DNA from: Actinomycetota bacterium
GTDB taxonomy: Bacteria > Actinomycetota > Thermoleophilia > RBG-16-64-13
Length of the DNA stretch: 64,000 bases
Reading direction: 5' to 3'
Assembly (NCBI GenBank): GCA_012514635.1
Contig: JAAYZX010000122.1
Span: 3,449-67,448, forward strand
The number at the start of each line of letters is the position of its first letter. Within the stretch, counting starts at the first letter, position 1. The position numbers and the translations under genes were made by a program. Shown here piece after piece: positions 36,898-48,093 of the stretch. The notes under the pieces are model-generated. The model did no database searches and was not told the DNA's origin. It saw only the letters and a list, made by a program, of their open reading frames with translations.

Positions 36898-37995
36898 CTA
36901 CCTCCCCTCGTCGGCGGCGTTCAGGCTGCTCAGCAGTTCTTCCTGCTGTGCCACCAGTGCCGGTGTCGGTTCAGCGAATACGTGCCGGAATATCTCCTCA
37001 GGCTCGGACGGAGGTTTAGCCTCAAAGGCCTCCACCCATCCGGCCACTTTGGCTTCGGCCTCGGCCGCCACTGCGGCCTCGGCCGTCTCGTCCAGCATGC
37101 CCGCAGCCCGCATGTACCTAGCGAGGCGCTCCAAAGGGTCACGTTCCTGCCAGAAAGCCAACTCTTCCGCGGTGCGATAGCGACGCGCATCGTCCGACGT
37201 GGTGTGGTCAGACATGCGGTAGGTATGAGCCTCGATCAGCGTGGGGCCCTCCCCATTGCGTGCCCGCTCGACGGCCTCTTTGGTCACGCGGTAGACGGCG
37301 AAGATATCGTTACCGTCCACTTGGATGCCGGGCATACCATACGCCACCGCCTTCTGGGCCACTGTGGCCGCTGCCGTCTGGCGCTCATACGGCACGGATA
37401 TGGCCCACTGGTTGTTCTGGCACAGGAATATCACCGGCGCTTGGAACACGGCGGCGAAGTTCATAGCCTCGTGGAAGTCGCCCTCGGAGGTGGCGCCGTC
37501 ACCGAAGATGGTCAGGACCACCGCCCGCTCTTTGTTATGTTTCATCGCCCAGCCGATCCCCACAGCGTGCAACATGTGCGTCCCCACGGGCACCGAGATC
37601 GGCAACATACGCGAGCCCGCCGGGAAGTCATGGCCCCGCTCATCGCCGCCCCAATACTGCAACAGCTTCTCAGGGGGTATGCCCCGCAGGAGGAAGGAAC
37701 CGGTCTCGCGAAAAGCCGGCACCAGCCAATCCTCCTTGGCAAGCGCGTAGGTGGCTCCTATATGTGCCGCTTCCTGCCCCAGCACGCGGGCAAAGGTCCC
37801 GATCCGCCCCTGCCTCTGCAACTTGAGCATGCGGTCATCCAGTTTGCGCGTGGTGACCATGGTTGCGTACAGCTCCCGGATCTGTTCCGGGGTGAGGTCG
37901 GGCATGAGTGCGGCATCAACGGTTCCCGCCGGGTCCATGACCTCCACCCGCGGGATGGTGAACGATACGAGATTGGTGACCGGCACCTGCCTCAC
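36898..37995 (-). CDS. 2-oxo acid dehydrogenase E1 component alpha subunit (TPP-dependent)
   Basis: TPP motif GDGATSEGDFHEAMNFAA, with an AGGAGGTGA SD. Confidence 0.9.
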   Translation of the reverse strand: MRQVPVTNLVSFTIPRVEVMDPAGTVDAALMPDLTPEQIRELYATMVTTRKLDDRMLKLQRQGRIGTFARVLGQEAAHIGATYALAKEDWLVPAFRETGSFLLRGIPPEKLLQYWGGDERGHDFPAGSRMLPISVPVGTHMLHAVGIGWAMKHNKERAVVLTIFGDGATSEGDFHEAMNFAAVFQAPVIFLCQNNQWAISVPYERQTAAATVAQKAVAYGMPGIQVDGNDIFAVYRVTKEAVERARNGEGPTLIEAHTYRMSDHTTSDDARRYRTAEELAFWQERDPLERLARYMRAAGMLDETAEAAVAAEAEAKVAGWVEAFEAKPPSEPEEIFRHVFAEPTPALVAQQEELLSSLNAADEGR

Positions 37996-38012
37996 CTCCT
38001 GGCCGCTGATAA

Positions 38013-38045
38013 CATGAGGGCCCGCCGGACCGGCGGGCCCTCATG
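38013..38045. promoter_or_regulatory. Perfect 16-bp-arm palindrome directly upstream of the E1alpha RBS; terminator of the upstream MBL gene or an operator
   Basis: catgagggcccgccgg a ccggcgggccctcatg. Confidence 0.4.
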
Positions 38046-38164
38046 CCTGGTTATTCCAGGAGTGGCTCTACTTTACACTTCCGTAGGCATTCGGGAACTG
38101 CGGAGATGACGGAGCCTCCCCATTTCTCTTATCCCGGCACCGGAGCTTTTGTAACACGTAGACT

Positions 38165-38947
38165 TCACGAGATCCGTATCACCGTCCCCACTCCCGCAGA
38201 GATGAATTTATCGCCAAACATCTCTTGAAAACGAAGCGTGGCGACTGAGCCGGTGCAGTGGGCGGGACAGATACGCTTCACTCCTAATTCTTGCAACCTC
38301 GTCACCACCGCCTCAGTCTGTTCCCCAGATATGCCACCCATATGAAAGCCCCCCACCACCAAACCTAAGTCCCATCCCACGAGCGCACGCGCCGCCTCCA
38401 CCACCGTCAAGATCCCCGGATGCGCACATCCCGTCACCACAACCATTCCGCCGGGTGTCTCCAGCACCAACGCCTGCTCCGGCAGTAGGCCGGGAAGCTC
38501 ACCGGTAGAGGTAACGCCTGGAAGCACTTCGCCGGCTGCAGTCACCACCTCCACTGCCGCACCAGTCTCCGCAATGAAGTCCCGCGCACCTTTGGGCAAG
38601 GACGCCGGCACAAACACGGTAACACGGCTGTTTTCGCGCAACAGCGCGGGCAGCCCTCCTATATGGTCCGCGTGTGCATGGGAGATCACTACAAGATCGA
38701 TATCGGCGGGAGCCACATCGAGAGCACGTAGATTGTGGAGAAGGATGGTCCCGGACGCTCCCGTGTCGAAAAGTATGGTGGGACCAGAAGTCTCAATGAC
38801 ACAGGCGAAACCCCAATCCGCGCTCAGCTCCGGCTTGGTTTTGGTGTTGTTATAGACAATTGTGATCACAGCCCCACACCCTCTCAAATCACCTGCAATC
38901 CTCCACGTACCGGCCTTCTCGGCAACTGCTCCACCGACTAAGCGCAC
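38165..38947 (-). CDS. MBL-fold metallo-hydrolase
   Basis: VVISHAHADHIGG motif. Confidence 0.7.
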   Translation of the reverse strand: MRLVGGAVAEKAGTWRIAGDLRGCGAVITIVYNNTKTKPELSADWGFACVIETSGPTILFDTGASGTILLHNLRALDVAPADIDLVVISHAHADHIGGLPALLRENSRVTVFVPASLPKGARDFIAETGAAVEVVTAAGEVLPGVTSTGELPGLLPEQALVLETPGGMVVVTGCAHPGILTVVEAARALVGWDLGLVVGGFHMGGISGEQTEAVVTRLQELGVKRICPAHCTGSVATLRFQEMFGDKFISAGVGTVIRIS

Positions 38948-39005
38948 TCGATCTGTACCAGTCGGCCCATCGAAATTATCGGAACGACCCGTACATCACG
39001 GTGAG

Positions 39006-40445
39006 CTATGCAAAGGACTGAGTTCGGGCTGAGACCGACGCTCGAAATCGATCACCGATCTGCCTCAAGTCGTAGATCTGGTACTTACGAGGCACCAGAA
39101 CATTGAACTTAAGCTGCTTTTCCAGTTCCCGCCTCAAGGCTTCGATGGCCTGCAGTTCCCCGTGCACCAAAAAAGTGGCCTTAAGAGACTCGAAGTGCGA
39201 CACCCAGTCCAGCAACTGTCCGCGATCGGCATGAGCAGACAACCCGGGCACAAAATGCACCTTGGCCTTCACTGCGATCTCCTCACCAAGGATGCGGACC
39301 CGCTCCACACCATCCTGCAACCTGCGGCCCAGCGTACCGCACGCCTGGAAACCCACAAGCACCACATGGTTCTGCGGCCGCCACAGATTGTGCTTTAGAT
39401 GATGTCTGACTCTGCCGGCCTCAGCCATACCACTGGCAGAGATGATCACGATCCCCTCCTGCCCGTTGAGATTCCGAGACTCCTCCACTGATTGCGTGTA
39501 GTGTAAATAGGGAAAGTTAAAGATAGAGCCGCCTTCTTCCAGAATATCGAGGGCCTCTTCGTCAAAGACGTCGCGATGCCGCCGGTACACCTTAGTGGCT
39601 TCGTGCGCCAGCGGGCTGTCCACAAAGACAGGCATGGACAACTTGCGACTTTCATAGAGATCGCGGAGAAAGTAGACCACTTCTTGCGTGCGACCCACAG
39701 CGAAACTAGGGATGATGACGTTTCCACCAAAATGCTGGGCTTCCTCCAATATGGCACCCAGCTGCTCCACAGGATCTCCTTCCTCGTCGTGCCGGCGGTC
39801 ACCGTATGTCGCCTCCATAACTAGGTAGTCGGCCTCGGTGATAGGCTCCGGATCACGGATTATGGGTTGACCCGGCTGACCCACATCTCCGCTGAACACC
39901 ATTTTCGTCTCACCGCCGTCCTCGCTCAACCATAGCTCGGTGAAAGCGGATCCCAGGATATGTCCTGCGTCGGAAAAGCGACCCCGTATCCCTGCCAGTG
40001 GCCGGAATTCTTCCCCGTAGGGAACACTGCGGAACAAGCGGATGGCTTCCTCAGCGTCGGCGCGTGTGTAGAGAGGATCACGGACACGACGACCTGCCCG
40101 CCGCGCCTTGCGGGTGCGCCACTCGGTCTCACTCTCCTGTATGTATGCTGAATCCAGGAGCATGATCCGCGCCAGATCGACCGTGGCGGGCGTGGCGAAG
40201 ATATCACCCCTGAACCCCTCCTTGACGAGCTTGGGGATGAGCCCTGAGTGATCTACATGGGCATGGGTGAGGATGATGAAATCGATATCTGTGGGATCGA
40301 AGGGGAAGGCATCATAATTGCCGGCACTCTCTTCCACCCCTCCCTGACGAAGCCCGCAATCCACAAGAAATCGTGTAGCACCTACCGCCATCAGGAAGCA
40401 CGAGCCGGTCACCTCTCGGGCCGCACCGCAGAACTGAATCTCCAT
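39006..40445 (-). CDS. Beta-CASP family ribonuclease (MBL fold, RNase J / CPSF-like)
   Basis: MEIQFCGAAREVTGSCFLM ... ILTHAHVDHSG ... MEATYGDRRH ... SAHADRGQLLDW (beta-CASP motifs). The start is set at the Met of MEIQF, because the ORF-track start at 40688 adds 81 non-conserved codons. Confidence 0.75.
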   Translation of the reverse strand: MEIQFCGAAREVTGSCFLMAVGATRFLVDCGLRQGGVEESAGNYDAFPFDPTDIDFIILTHAHVDHSGLIPKLVKEGFRGDIFATPATVDLARIMLLDSAYIQESETEWRTRKARRAGRRVRDPLYTRADAEEAIRLFRSVPYGEEFRPLAGIRGRFSDAGHILGSAFTELWLSEDGGETKMVFSGDVGQPGQPIIRDPEPITEADYLVMEATYGDRRHDEEGDPVEQLGAILEEAQHFGGNVIIPSFAVGRTQEVVYFLRDLYESRKLSMPVFVDSPLAHEATKVYRRHRDVFDEEALDILEEGGSIFNFPYLHYTQSVEESRNLNGQEGIVIISASGMAEAGRVRHHLKHNLWRPQNHVVLVGFQACGTLGRRLQDGVERVRILGEEIAVKAKVHFVPGLSAHADRGQLLDWVSHFESLKATFLVHGELQAIEALRRELEKQLKFNVLVPRKYQIYDLRQIGDRFRASVSARTQSFA

Positions 40446-40663
40446 ATACCCTCCCCAAGCCGTTGGCCGCCCCGTTGACCACACTATTCTCCCACTCGGC
40501 GGTGACAGGTTACACCTCCGTGCCCGCAGTGCCGCTCGGCGCGCAGAACCCGTTGCCGGCCTCCAATAGACGAGGATGAAACCTCTTTCCGCAATCGCCG
40601 AGGCAATCGCTGAGGTTTTGTGAAACCACACGCACAAAAATACTGTTTGACTCACAGCACTAT

Positions 40664-40683
40664 AAGTGATAGTTCTGTCACTT
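40664..40683. promoter_or_regulatory. 20-nt imperfect palindrome (16/20) in the divergent acs / ribonuclease intergenic region; candidate operator
   Basis: AAGTGAtAGttcTgTCACTT, overlapping a TTGACA hexamer at 40682-40687. Confidence 0.3.
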
Positions 40684-40845
40684 GACATTAAGCCTCGTTT
40701 TCATCCGGCCAGAGTGCAAACCGGCGAGGTGCGCGGAGGTGTCGTCTGATATACTTTGGCCGCTTCTTGGCCCTGCCGACCTTGATCCAGGTTGGCCTCG
40801 GGCGCGGTTTCGGCGTGGCAACAACACCAGCGGAGGACAAAAGAG

Positions 40846-42800
40846 TGGCTGACGAAAAACTAGTCTTTCCCGTACCGGAAAACCTGAAGAAGACCGCTTG
40901 GATCAACTCTGAAGAGCAGTACAACGAGATGTACAAGCGGTCCGTTGAGGATGCGGACAACTTCTGGGCCGAAATGGCCGATGAGCTCCTTATCTGGAAC
41001 AAGAAGTGGGACAAGGTTCAGAATCACGACTGGGACAAAGCGAAGATCGCATGGTTTGAGGGCGGCAAGCTCAACGCCACCTACAACTGCCTCGACCGCT
41101 GGATGGGTACCCCCAACGAAAACAAGGTCGCCTACTTTGTGGAGGGTGACCATCCGGACGACTCCTACACCCTCACCTACCGTCAGCTATACGATCAGGT
41201 AACCAGAATCGCCAACGGCCTCGCCAAGCTCGGCGTCAAGAAGGGCGACCGCGTCTCCCTGTACCTACCTATGATCCCTCAGCTTCCCGTAGCCATGCTG
41301 GCCTGCGCGCGTCTCGGCGCCATTCACAGCGTATGCTTCGGCGGCTTCTCGGCTGAGGCCCTCCGTGACCGTCTCATCGACGCCGAGGCCAAGGTCCTCA
41401 TCACCACCGATGGGTCTCTCCGCGGCGGTAAGAAGATCAACGCCAAAGGTTCCGCCGATACCGCTATGGCTCAGGCTCCCAGCGTCGAGAAATGCATCGT
41501 GGTCAAGCACACCGGTGTGGACGTCAACTGGGTCGACGGCCGCGACATGTGGTGGGAAGACGTCCTGAACGATCCCGACAACGCCAAAGAAATTCCGTGC
41601 GTAGAAGTGGATGCCGAGGATCCTCTCTTCATCCTCTACACCTCGGGTTCCACCGGCAAGCCCAAGGGCGTCGTGCACACCACGGGTGGCTATCTGCTGC
41701 AGGGTGTCGCCACCTTCAAGTACGCGTTCGACTACCATGAGGGCGATGTTTTCTTCTGCACCGCCGACATCGGCTGGGTCACAGGCCACACCTACTGCGT
41801 GTACGCTCCCCTGATTGCCGGGGCCACCTCCGTTCTCTTCGAGGGCGTCCCCAGCTACCCCGACTACAGCCGTTTCTGGAAGACCGTTGAGCGCTATAAG
41901 GTCAACCAGCTCTATACCGCCCCCACCGCCCTCCGTGCCATCGCCAAGGAAGGCGACCAATGGTTGGAAGGCATTGACATGTCCTCTCTACGGATTCTCG
42001 GCTCCGTAGGCGAGCCCATCAACCCCGAAGTATGGCTCTGGTACTACAACAAGATCGGTGGCGGCCGCTGCCCCATCGTCGACACCTGGTGGCAGACGGA
42101 AACCGGCTCCCATCTGCTGCTGCCGCTTCCGGGTGCTGTGGCCACTAAGCCGGGCTCCGTGGGCCGCCCCTTCTTCGGCGTGCAACCGGAACTCCTGGAT
42201 CCCGATGGTGCCCTAGTTACCGAGCCCGGCGTCGCCGGCAACGTGGTTATCAAGGCTCCATGGCCCGGCATGATGCGCGGTATGTGGGGTGACCCGGAGC
42301 GCTTCTTCGACACCTACTTTGCGCAATACCCCGGTTACTACACCGCCGGTGACGGTGGCCGCCGCGATGAGGACGGCGATTGGTTCATCACCGGCCGCGT
42401 CGACGACGTCATCAACGTCTCCGGACACCGTATGGGTACCGCCGAGATCGAGTCGGCTCTGGTCAGCCACGACAAGGTCTCCGAAGCAGCCGTCGTGGGC
42501 ATGCTCCACGACATTAAGGGCGAAGGCATCTATGCTTACGTCACCCTGAACGCCGGTGTCGAACCTTCAGACGCTCTGAAGAAAGAACTCGTGACACACG
42601 TGCGTAAAGAGATCGGCCCCATCGCCAGCCCGGATGCCATTCAGTGGGCTCCCGGCCTGCCGAAGACCCGCTCCGGCAAGATCATGCGCCGTATCCTGAA
42701 AAAGATCGCCAAGAACGACCTCACCGACCTGGGCGATACCTCCACCCTGGCCGAGCCGGAAGTTGTTGACGAGCTGATCGAAAACCGTCTGGTCAAGTAA
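40846..42800 (+). CDS. acs: Acetyl-CoA synthetase (acetate--CoA ligase)
   Basis: YTSGSTGKPKGV, with WWQTETG and SGHR motifs typical of Acs. A GTG start at 40846 with a GGAGGA SD gives 651 aa, whereas the ORF-track start adds 26 aa. Confidence 0.9.
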
Positions 42801-42829
42801 GCAACAGACTTAGACTGGTTATTGACTCC

Positions 42830-42869
42830 AAGAAGGAGGCCGGCCCGCAAGCGGGCCGGCCTCCTTCTT
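42830..42869. terminator. Bidirectional intrinsic terminator between acs (+) and the EamA gene (-)
   Basis: 19-bp perfect stem aagaaggaggccggcccgc / gcgggccggcctccttctt, followed by cttt. Confidence 0.7.
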
Positions 42870-42897
42870 CTTTGGCTACGCGCTCATGGAGACGGCT

Positions 42898-43920
42898 CTA
42901 AGATGCTTCTCGTCCTCCGGCAGTTACCAGATAGATACCGGCCAGCACCAGACCCAACCCTACCAATAACCAGGTGGTCAACACCTCTCCTCTAATTATT
43001 ACTCCCGCCAATACGCCGAACAGTGGAGTCAGCATCGAGAATACGGCTAGATTGGTCACGTGATATCGAGTGATCATCCAGTACCACACCAAATAGCTCG
43101 CCACAGCAACCACGATTGTCTGATACACCAGCGACCACGCAATCGCCGGTGTAACATTGATGGCAAAACCGCGCTCGAAGATGGCAGCAAGTATCAGCAG
43201 CAGAGGAACAGAAAAGATGAGCTGATAGAAGAGTATATGCACCGCTGTAACTTGAAAGCGGTCGGACATAGCTTTGATATATACAGTGGTCGCCGCCCAG
43301 AATAGCGCCGACGCGATTATCATGATATCGCCGATCCAGTAATTGATCGGAAGCTCTTCCGGTCGCGTCGCAAAAACGGAAGCGATGCCTCCCATGGCAA
43401 GCAGGAGGCCCAGAATGCGTTTCCAGGTCAGGCGATCGTAACTGAAGAAAAAGTGGGCACCGACGGCTACCCAAATAGGATGCGTGTACATGAAAATAAT
43501 GGTTCGCGACGCGTTTGTGTACTGCACGCCGGTGTACATGAAAAAGAAGTCGAAGGCGAATAGTACCCCTATGGCCATCCCGTGCAACAGGCGGCGATCG
43601 CGGTGGAAGACAGGTTGCTTCATGGCCACCAACACCACTACGAAAATGCCGGCCGCCACCAGGTTACGCAACCCGGCTGTGAGCGCAGGCGGGAATCCCT
43701 CGGTGGAGATCTTCATCATGACGACGTTGATCCCCCACAACAGACACACCAGCGACAGAGCAGCTCCCGCGCGAGGCGTTAGACGGCGCAGAGAACCGGC
43801 GTCGGAGGAGGGCTCAGTGGCCGGCCCGGCCGCCGGCGCCCCCGTGTCGGCCCGGCCGACACCCACGCCGGGGCCGCCCGAGCCGCTCATTGGAGAGGGC
43901 GGATCCACGTCGGGATTCAC
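42898..43920 (-). CDS. EamA/DMT-superfamily transporter
   Basis: Ten hydrophobic segments and two EamA-like halves. There is a Gly/Pro-rich N-terminal extension, so the true start may be internal. Confidence 0.75.
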   Translation of the reverse strand: MNPDVDPPSPMSGSGGPGVGVGRADTGAPAAGPATEPSSDAGSLRRLTPRAGAALSLVCLLWGINVVMMKISTEGFPPALTAGLRNLVAAGIFVVVLVAMKQPVFHRDRRLLHGMAIGVLFAFDFFFMYTGVQYTNASRTIIFMYTHPIWVAVGAHFFFSYDRLTWKRILGLLLAMGGIASVFATRPEELPINYWIGDIMIIASALFWAATTVYIKAMSDRFQVTAVHILFYQLIFSVPLLLILAAIFERGFAINVTPAIAWSLVYQTIVVAVASYLVWYWMITRYHVTNLAVFSMLTPLFGVLAGVIIRGEVLTTWLLVGLGLVLAGIYLVTAGGREAS

Positions 43921-43927
43921 CCCGAGC

Positions 43928-46570
43928 CTACTTCACCACTACATTCACCAGTTTGCCCGGCACCACGATCTCTTTGACCACGGTCTTCCCCTCGACGTAT
44001 TTGACCACGCCCGGTAGAGCTTTGGCGGCCGCGATAACATCGGCGGCCGCCGCATCCTTGCTGATCATCAAGCGGTCGCGCACCTTGCCGTTTACCTGCA
44101 CGGCCATCTCCACCGTTTCCAGGGACAGAAAGCGGGAATCGACTTCCGGCCAGGGTGCATCCCAGATACTCTTGCGCCCCATCATCTCCCAAAGCTCCGC
44201 ACACATATGTGGCGTGAACGGCTCCAACAACCGGATGAGTGTCTCCACGGCCTCGGCCAATACACGACGTCCCGAAGACGTGGCCGCCGGTCCGCCATCG
44301 TCTCCCCCGCGCGCCGCCACGATCTCGTTGTTGAGTTCCATGATGGCTGCAAGCGCCGTGTTGAAGTGGAAGCGTTCGCCAATATCTGCGGTCACCTTCT
44401 CAATGGTCTGATGGGTCTTGACCAGCAAGGCCTTCTCGGCTGCCGTCAGCTCAGCCTCTTCAGGAAGCGGCCCCAAAGTTCCTTGTGTGGCCCCCGCCGG
44501 CGTTGCCAACCACCCGGCCTCGATCGCCTCGCAAGACACACGCCACACGCGATTGATGAATCGATACACACCCTCGATGCCTTTGTCCTGCCATTCAACG
44601 TCGCTCTCGGCCGGACCTATGAAGAGAATATAGCTGCGCAGCGAATCGGCGCCGTATTTGGCCACGTGTTCATCTGGGTTCACCACGTTGCCCTTGGACT
44701 TGGACATCTTGGCGCCTTTGTAGTGGATCATGCCCTGCGTGAAGAGGTTCTTGAACGGCTCCTCGAAACCCACCAGGCCCAGGTCGTAGAGCACCTTGCA
44801 GAAGAAGCGCGAGTACATGAGGTGGAGGATGGCGTGTTCCACTCCGCCGATGTACTGATCTACCGGTAGCCAATAGTCCACGGCCGCCTTCTCGAAGGCC
44901 ACGTCGTCGCGCCGGGCCGAAGCGTATCGCAGGAAATACCACGAAGAGTCCACGAAAGTATCCATGGTATCGGGATCGCGAGTGGCGGGGCCGCCGCAGG
45001 TGGGGCAGGTGGTATTCATGAAATGCTCGGCCGCCGCCAGCGGAGATTTGCCTTTGGGCTGGTAGTCGGTGATATCGGGGAGCAGAATGGGGAGATCCTT
45101 TTCCGGCACCGCCACCTGGCCACACTTCTCACAATAGATGATGGGGATGGGCGCCCCCCAATAGCGTTGGCGCGACAACAACCAATCGCGCAACTTGTAG
45201 TTTACGGCAAAGTCGGCCTTGCCCTGTTCTTTGAGCCATTCGGTGACCTGCCGGATGGCCTCGGTCTTAGGCAGACCGTTGAAGTGACTACTGTTGACCA
45301 ACAAGCCGTCACCCACATACGCTTCCTTCATGCTCCCGTCTGGATTCTTGAACTCCTCCGGGCTGGAGATCACCTCAATGACCGGCAGATTGAACTTCAG
45401 AGCAAAGTCGAAGTCGCGCTCGTCGTGGGCGGGTACGGCCATGATGGCTCCGGTGCCGTAGTCCATCATCACGTAGTCGGCGATGTATATGGGGATCAGT
45501 GCACCGTTAATGGGATTCTCCACGTAACGACCGGTGAAGACGCCGGTCTTCTCCTTTTCGGCATTGGACCGCTCTATATAGGAAGCGCCCATGGCCTGCC
45601 GGATATAGCGACGGCAGTCTTCTTCGGTCTCAGTGCCGCACACCATCTCTTCCACCAACGGATGTTCCGGTGCCATCACAAAGAAGGTGGCACCGAACAG
45701 AGTATCGGGACGCGTAGTGAAGACGGTGATCTCAGTGCCGGCCAAAGGGTCGAGAGGGTCGGCCACGCCGCCTGCAGCGCTGACGGCAGAGTCGGCAGTG
45801 GCCGGCGCGCTGGAACCATGCTCCGCGCCCTTCGCCGCCAGACGGAAAATAACATCGCTCCCCGTCGACCTACCGATCCAGTTGCGCTGCATGGTGATGA
45901 CGCGTTCGGGCCAATTTTCAAGTTTATTGAAGTCCTCCAGCAGACGCTCGGCGTAGTCGGTGATACGGAAGAACCACTGCTCCAGCTTCTTGGCATCCAC
46001 CTCGGTGGAACAGCGCTCACAGGTCCCCTGGATCACCTGCTCGTTGGCCAACACCGTCTGGCACGACGGGCACCAGTTGACCGGCGCTTCCTTCCGAAAG
46101 GCCAAACCCTTCTTGTAGAACTGTAGGAAGAGCCACTGGGTCCACTTGTAATACTCGGGACGACAAGTGACAACTTCGCGATCCCAATCAATGGCCACGC
46201 CCAGGCGACGAAGCTGACGGTTGATGGTGGCAATGGCACGTTCGGTGAAGACGGCCGGGTGCTCACCGGTCTGGATGGCGACGTTCTCGGAGTTGAGGCC
46301 GAAGGCATCGTAACCCATGGGATGTAGAACCAATCGCCCCTGGTGACGCCGGAAACGGGCGATCACATCCCCCATGGTGTAGTTCTTGACGTGTCCCATA
46401 TGCGCACTGCCCGACGGATAGGGGAACATCTCCAGGATGTAAGTGGCGCCACCCGCCTTGCCTTTCTGCATATCTTGAAGCGTAGGATTGGCCACATAAA
46501 AAGTCTTTTCGCGTGCCCACACCGCCTGCCACTTGGTCTCAATCTCCTCCGGGTTGTAGCTGCGCGCCAT
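43928..46570 (-). CDS. leuS: Leucyl-tRNA synthetase
   Basis: HMGH (HIGH) and KMSKS motifs; 880 aa. Confidence 0.95.
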   Translation of the reverse strand: MARSYNPEEIETKWQAVWAREKTFYVANPTLQDMQKGKAGGATYILEMFPYPSGSAHMGHVKNYTMGDVIARFRRHQGRLVLHPMGYDAFGLNSENVAIQTGEHPAVFTERAIATINRQLRRLGVAIDWDREVVTCRPEYYKWTQWLFLQFYKKGLAFRKEAPVNWCPSCQTVLANEQVIQGTCERCSTEVDAKKLEQWFFRITDYAERLLEDFNKLENWPERVITMQRNWIGRSTGSDVIFRLAAKGAEHGSSAPATADSAVSAAGGVADPLDPLAGTEITVFTTRPDTLFGATFFVMAPEHPLVEEMVCGTETEEDCRRYIRQAMGASYIERSNAEKEKTGVFTGRYVENPINGALIPIYIADYVMMDYGTGAIMAVPAHDERDFDFALKFNLPVIEVISSPEEFKNPDGSMKEAYVGDGLLVNSSHFNGLPKTEAIRQVTEWLKEQGKADFAVNYKLRDWLLSRQRYWGAPIPIIYCEKCGQVAVPEKDLPILLPDITDYQPKGKSPLAAAEHFMNTTCPTCGGPATRDPDTMDTFVDSSWYFLRYASARRDDVAFEKAAVDYWLPVDQYIGGVEHAILHLMYSRFFCKVLYDLGLVGFEEPFKNLFTQGMIHYKGAKMSKSKGNVVNPDEHVAKYGADSLRSYILFIGPAESDVEWQDKGIEGVYRFINRVWRVSCEAIEAGWLATPAGATQGTLGPLPEEAELTAAEKALLVKTHQTIEKVTADIGERFHFNTALAAIMELNNEIVAARGGDDGGPAATSSGRRVLAEAVETLIRLLEPFTPHMCAELWEMMGRKSIWDAPWPEVDSRFLSLETVEMAVQVNGKVRDRLMISKDAAAADVIAAAKALPGVVKYVEGKTVVKEIVVPGKLVNVVVK

Positions 46571-46713
46571 CGAAGCTCATCCTTTCTCGAGTGCGCCGTC
46601 CGCCGACCCGCCGCGAATACGCCGCACCGCCACGCCTATCGCCAGCCCTCTATTGTAGAGACTGCAGCGCAGGGAGCCAAACCCCCCGAAGTGCGGCAAT
46701 GGGCCCGCTTCAC

Positions 46714-48093
46714 TCAGCCACGACGCGAATCAAGCAGCTTCCGCTTTGCCGGCGACGCTAAGCCCCCCTCCGGGACCACCTCCATATTGACCTGCAGGCC
46801 GGAACGTCGCACGGCAGGAATCATCTCAATGCGCTCGATCATCGCCTTCAACTCCACATCCGGCGGTTCAGCGCACACTTCCACCCATAGCATCAGCCCG
46901 GAACTTCCCTCCGGCGGCGTAGCCCCCGAGACCTGCGCTCCCCCTTGGACCAGCTCAGCGGAAAACGCGACCACCCATCCCGCGCCATACACCGTCTCAT
47001 CCAAATCAGCCATGGTCAGCCGCACCCCGGCAGTAGGCTCCACTGCGTCCTGCAGCCGCCCCTGTACACGATCCAGACAGCGCAGCACACTGCCACATAC
47101 GCAAGGGCGTTGCAATAGCTTCCCGCTGTCGCCTGTGCGATACCGGATGAGAGGCATGCCCCGCCGGGTGAGGGTGGTCACCACCAGTTCGCCCGTCTCA
47201 CCCAACGGAAGCACTTCGCCTGTTCGCCGGTCTATTACCTCAAAGATCAGGTCGGCCTCGCGAATATGCAGTCCCGAAAACGCCTGACACTGTACCGCTC
47301 CACCCAAGCCGGTCTCGGTGGATCCGTAGTGCTCAAATACGGAGCAATCCCAAGCATCTTCGACGGCCGTCCGCAAAGAGGCCGCCACGTAGTCGCCCGA
47401 GAACAGCACCGCCTTCACCCGACCGGCAGGAACTGTGCGACCCGCCCGGCTCCGAGCCAGTCGCAGCATCTGACCGGGCACTCCTACCAAGCAATCGGCC
47501 TCAAACTCCAGGATGTGCTGCACGGCCGGTCCACAGTCATTCACGAACCCGTGAACTTCTACCTCCACCCCATCCCTAGCCAACCCCCTATTCAGAAGAT
47601 CCCCCACGCTCCCCGGAATGGCGCCCGGCATGAAGACGAGTACCCGCTGTCCACGTTGAACGAGAGCGCGCATCCCGTGGCGGAAGTGGTCGATGGTGAG
47701 CTCAAGATCGTCCTCGGTGAACCAGAGACGTTTCGCGACCCCCGTGCTGCCCGAGGTGCGAATGGTGACAACTCGGGCGATGTCACTTTGCGAGACGCAT
47801 ACAAAGTCCAGACCACGCCTGCGCAAATCCTCTTGCTGTACGAAGGGCAGACGCCCAAGATCGCTCAGTCTCTGCGGTGTGTCTGGTGGCAGATGTTCAT
47901 AGAGATCACGATATAAAGGGCTCCGGTCGCGGGACCAAGCCACAACTTCACGCAACTGAGCAAGTTGCCAATGCTCAAGGTCGGATCGAGACAAGGGAAC
48001 GCCGGATGAGGCGGCTTTTGCGGCCTTCTGGGCATCACCCCCCACGCCGATCCGCCGAGCCGTCCATTCGTCGAGCGGGGTGATGGGGATCAT
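46714..48093 (-). CDS. PaaK-like / coenzyme F390 synthetase-like adenylate-forming ligase
   Basis: TSGSTGVAKR, YGSTETG and YRTGD motifs in a roughly 430-aa PaaK-type architecture. It overlaps the upstream radical SAM gene by 4 nt. Confidence 0.8.
   Translation of the reverse strand: MIPITPLDEWTARRIGVGGDAQKAAKAASSGVPLSRSDLEHWQLAQLREVVAWSRDRSPLYRDLYEHLPPDTPQRLSDLGRLPFVQQEDLRRRGLDFVCVSQSDIARVVTIRTSGSTGVAKRLWFTEDDLELTIDHFRHGMRALVQRGQRVLVFMPGAIPGSVGDLLNRGLARDGVEVEVHGFVNDCGPAVQHILEFEADCLVGVPGQMLRLARSRAGRTVPAGRVKAVLFSGDYVAASLRTAVEDAWDCSVFEHYGSTETGLGGAVQCQAFSGLHIREADLIFEVIDRRTGEVLPLGETGELVVTTLTRRGMPLIRYRTGDSGKLLQRPCVCGSVLRCLDRVQGRLQDAVEPTAGVRLTMADLDETVYGAGWVVAFSAELVQGGAQVSGATPPEGSSGLMLWVEVCAEPPDVELKAMIERIEMIPAVRRSGLQVNMEVVPEGGLASPAKRKLLDSRRG

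Noticed and set aside
40682-40687. TTGACA hexamer upstream of acs as a -35 element
   Set aside because: No acceptable -10 hexamer lies 16 to 18 nt downstream (the sequence there is ccggcc). It was kept only as context for the palindrome finding.
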